Below are positions 61,020-64,000 of a stretch of DNA of 64,000 nucleotides, piece by piece (the first letter of the stretch is position 1; every line of letters starts with the position of its first letter). The stretch spans positions 2,594,689 to 2,658,688 of the forward strand of contig NC_081369.1 in NCBI RefSeq assembly GCF_030684315.1. Reading direction: 5' to 3'. The position numbers and the translations under genes were made by a program. The notes beneath the pieces were generated by a model. The model searched no databases. It was not told where the DNA came from and was given only the letters and a program-made list of their open reading frames with translations. The DNA comes from Stegostoma tigrinum (lineage: Eukaryota).

Positions 61020-61550
61020 TGGAGCAGAGAACCAGAGCCTACAGTCCAACATGCCCAGGCCAATTAAATTTCCTAAAGCAAACTAATCACATTTACCTGC
61101 ATTTGGCTCATATTGTCTAAACCTTTACTATTTATGTACCTGTCCAAATGTCTTTTAAATGTTGTAACTGTACTTGCATCTATCACTTCTTCTGTCAACT
61201 TATTCCATCTGTGAACTATACTCTCTGTTAAAAAAAAGGCCCTTTCAATGTTTCTGCTCTCAACTTAAAATTATGCCCTTTAGTTTTGAACTCCCGTACC
61301 CCAAGGAAAAGACATTTTCTATCTGCCTCATCTATGCCCCCCACAACTTGACAAACCTCTATAAAGTCACTCCTCTGACCTCTTGTGCTACAATGCAAAA
61401 TATCCCACCCAACCCAACTTCTCCTCTTAACTCCAACCTTCCAGCCCCAGTGACATCCTTGTAAATCTTTTCTGTGCCCTCTCCTAATTTAATAATATCC
61501 TTCCACAATTATGCATAGTAATCTAAAAGTGGCTGCACCAATGACCCAGA
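61020..61550 (-). mobile_element. CR1-type LINE 3' end
   Basis: Similar to 54270-54810. Confidence 0.6.
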
Positions 61551-63029
61551 AACCTGATCCAAGTCTTTAATAACGTCAAGAGCTGAGTGGCCCTGGTGGA
61601 ACTTGAACTGAACCTCATCGAGCTGGTTCTTGGTAGAGCAGTGCTTTTTGATAACTCTGTGGATGTCAGCTTCCATCTTTTTACAGCTGAATGAGATGAT
61701 CCTGAAAAATAATAGGGTCAGCTGGATGTAACCCTTCCACAGAGCAAAATAAAATCTTCATCTTTGTCCCAAAAGATAGCACTAATTCTGAAAACTGCAT
61801 CACTAGACCTGGATTCTCCCACAGGAGGAAACAGCCTTCCCATTTCCACCTTTTTAAAACCATTCAGGATCTTTAATCAAATTGTCTCTCACTCTTCAAA
61901 TCCCCACGCCAACATGCTGAAGCTATCCAACCTATCCTTGTAGAACAAAAAGCTCATTGCAGGTACAAAGCGCAAAGAGTACTAGAGAAACTCAATAGGT
62001 CTGACAGCATCTGTGGAGAGAGAAAGAGAATGAACATTTTGAATCTGGTGTGACTTCTTCAGTTTTTATACTGCGCTTCCAAACCCTTTGAGTTTCTGCA
62101 GAATTTCTGATTTTATTCTTTTGAATTTTCCACATTGTCTGGCAGAATGTAGTGATAAAGCTATATTTGAACAACTTGGCTAGGGATCCCTCCACATCTG
62201 GAGCACACCTCTTCAGTACTATTGCTGAACTGTTGTCAAGGGCAATAATCTTTGCAGCATTCATTGATATCATGTCAAGTGAATCAGATGAGTGAAGCTA
62301 AAATCTTTGATGCTTTAGAAGCTGGTGGAGGTTGATATGCTCATCCACTGAGCACTGCTGGCTGAAGTTTATGGTAAATGACTCAATGTCACCTTTTACA
62401 CTAATGTGTTGGGCTGCCACATTATTAAGGGTAAGGATATTTGTGGAGGCTCCTACTCCAGTCAGTTGTTTCATTTTTGAACTCATTTCACAACCTGGTG
62501 TGACAATGCTGTAAAGTTGCCACCTGGCTGTTCGCTGTGGAATTGACGAGTCGTGTCCGTCAGTTGTTGCATATGCCATTTGGCACACAAGTATTCCAAC
62601 CTGCCACAGACCGATTGGTACATAGTTCAGGAATGTAGGTGGTGAGCTCTCAGTTATTTCACAGGAATTTGACACAGAAAATAGTTGAAAAGCTTCATAA
62701 AGATGCCTGCAAGTTTCACTTTGTAATGTCAGATGAACATTGTTATACATCACTGTCTGTGCCCCACCTGAGTTTTCCTATAATAGGCCTGACTCTATTC
62801 ATACAATTGCCTTAAAGAACAATTCAATTCATAATGATGTTTGTTTAATTTTCTCATCTTCACTGACACTTTGGCAGATTCTCCTGACTGTTTCAAAACA
62901 CTTCTCATCAATTTGTTTTTTTTTATTAACCATGCAACAATTAGCTTTATGAATCAATTTAACTGGGTAGTGTCTTTGGTCCAGCCGTCTTCAGCTGCTT
63001 TGTCAATGCCCTTCCCTCCATTGTAAAAT

Positions 63030-63925
63030 CAGAATTGGGGATGTTCACCAATGATTGCACAATGCACAGCACCATTCACAACTCATCAGATGCTGAAGTG
63101 ACCAGGTTCAAATGCAGCAAATTCCGGACAATATCTTAACTTGGGCTGAGTGATGAGTAATATACATGCAACACAAATACCATGCAATGACCATCACAAA
63201 TAAGAGACAATCTAACCACTGCCCATTGGCTTTCAACAGTGTTGCCATCATTGAATCCCCAATGATCAACACCCTGGGTTTACCATTGACCAGAAACTCA
63301 ACTCACCACCATTGGCTACAAGAACAGGTCAGAAGCTAGGAATACTCTGATGAATAACTCAGCTCCTGGCTCCTCAAAACATGTCCACCATCTACAAAAG
63401 GCACAAGGTATGAGTGTGATAGGATACCCCCCACTTCCCTGGATGAGTGCAGCCCCAATAACACTAAAAAAAGCTTGTCACCATCCATAACAAAGCAGCC
63501 CGCTTGATTGGCACCACATCCACAAGTATCTACTCCCTCCACAACTGGCACTCAGTAGAAGCAGTGTCCACTAGCGACAAGATACTCGCCAAAGAAATTC
63601 ACCAAAGATCCTCAGATGGCACATCACAAACCCATGACCACTTCCAGTCAGAAGAACAAGGGCAGCAGATTGATGGGAACACCATCACCTTCAAGTTCCC
63701 CTCCAAGCCACTCACCATCCTGACTTAGCAATGTATCACCATTCTTTCACTGTTGCTAGTTCAAAATCCTGGAATTTCCTCCCTAAAGACATTGTGGATC
63801 AACCCACAGCAGGAGGACTGCAGCAGTTCAAGATGGCAGCTCACCACCACCTTTTCAAGGGCAACTAGGGATGGGCAAGAAGTGCTGGTCAGCCAGCGAT
63901 GCCCACATCCCACAAATGAATAAAA
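63030..63925 (+). mobile_element. LINE (CR1/L2-clade) RT C-terminus and 3' UTR
   Basis: Decayed RT C-terminal remnants (GMFTNDCTMHSTIH..., LGLPLTRNS region); the 3' end matches 607-800 in reverse. Confidence 0.6.
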
Positions 63926-64000
63926 ATATTGTTGGAAAATTTCAGCAGGTCTGGCAGCTTGTGGAGCGAAAGTTGTCACAAATCACACAAAACCAGGTTA

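Noticed and set aside
62298-62753. 151-aa ORF
   Set aside because: It overlaps a decayed LINE fragment and has no coherent domain.
1-64000. CRISPR arrays or prokaryotic systems
   Set aside because: This is intron-containing vertebrate DNA, and I saw no regularly spaced repeat-spacer array.

Overview
Vertebrate genomic DNA, inferred to be from a cartilaginous fish (shark) because it is dense in HE1-type tRNA SINEs, CR1/L2 LINE remnants and Penelope-like elements (PLEs). It holds a small cluster of SIRP-alpha-like Ig-superfamily inhibitory receptor genes (leader, V, C1, TM, then three cytoplasmic exons carrying up to four ITIM/ITSM-type tyrosines). I reconstructed them from splice sites, exon phases and paralogue comparison. 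Gene 1 (+, 22-7046, leader outside the window) faces gene 2 (-) tail to tail. On the minus strand, three promoter+leader+V+C1 ectodomain cassettes lie in tandem upstream of a single TM/cytoplasmic module (18974-23331): A (31477-33434), B (45768-47726, a near-identical copy made by a 14.29-kb tandem duplication) and an older pseudogenised cassette C (55017-56809). All ectodomain exons of A and B are phase 1, so the locus could work as variable ectodomains on a shared signalling tail, or make secreted decoys. The repeats include young PLEs with minimal hammerhead-ribozyme motifs, a 1.8-kb palindromic PLE inserted in cassette C, a nested PLE that creates a chimeric ORF, a class III (ERV-L-like) retrovirus remnant and a Gmr1-type Gypsy remnant. 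Expression and splicing cannot be seen from DNA alone, and repeat boundaries are approximate.
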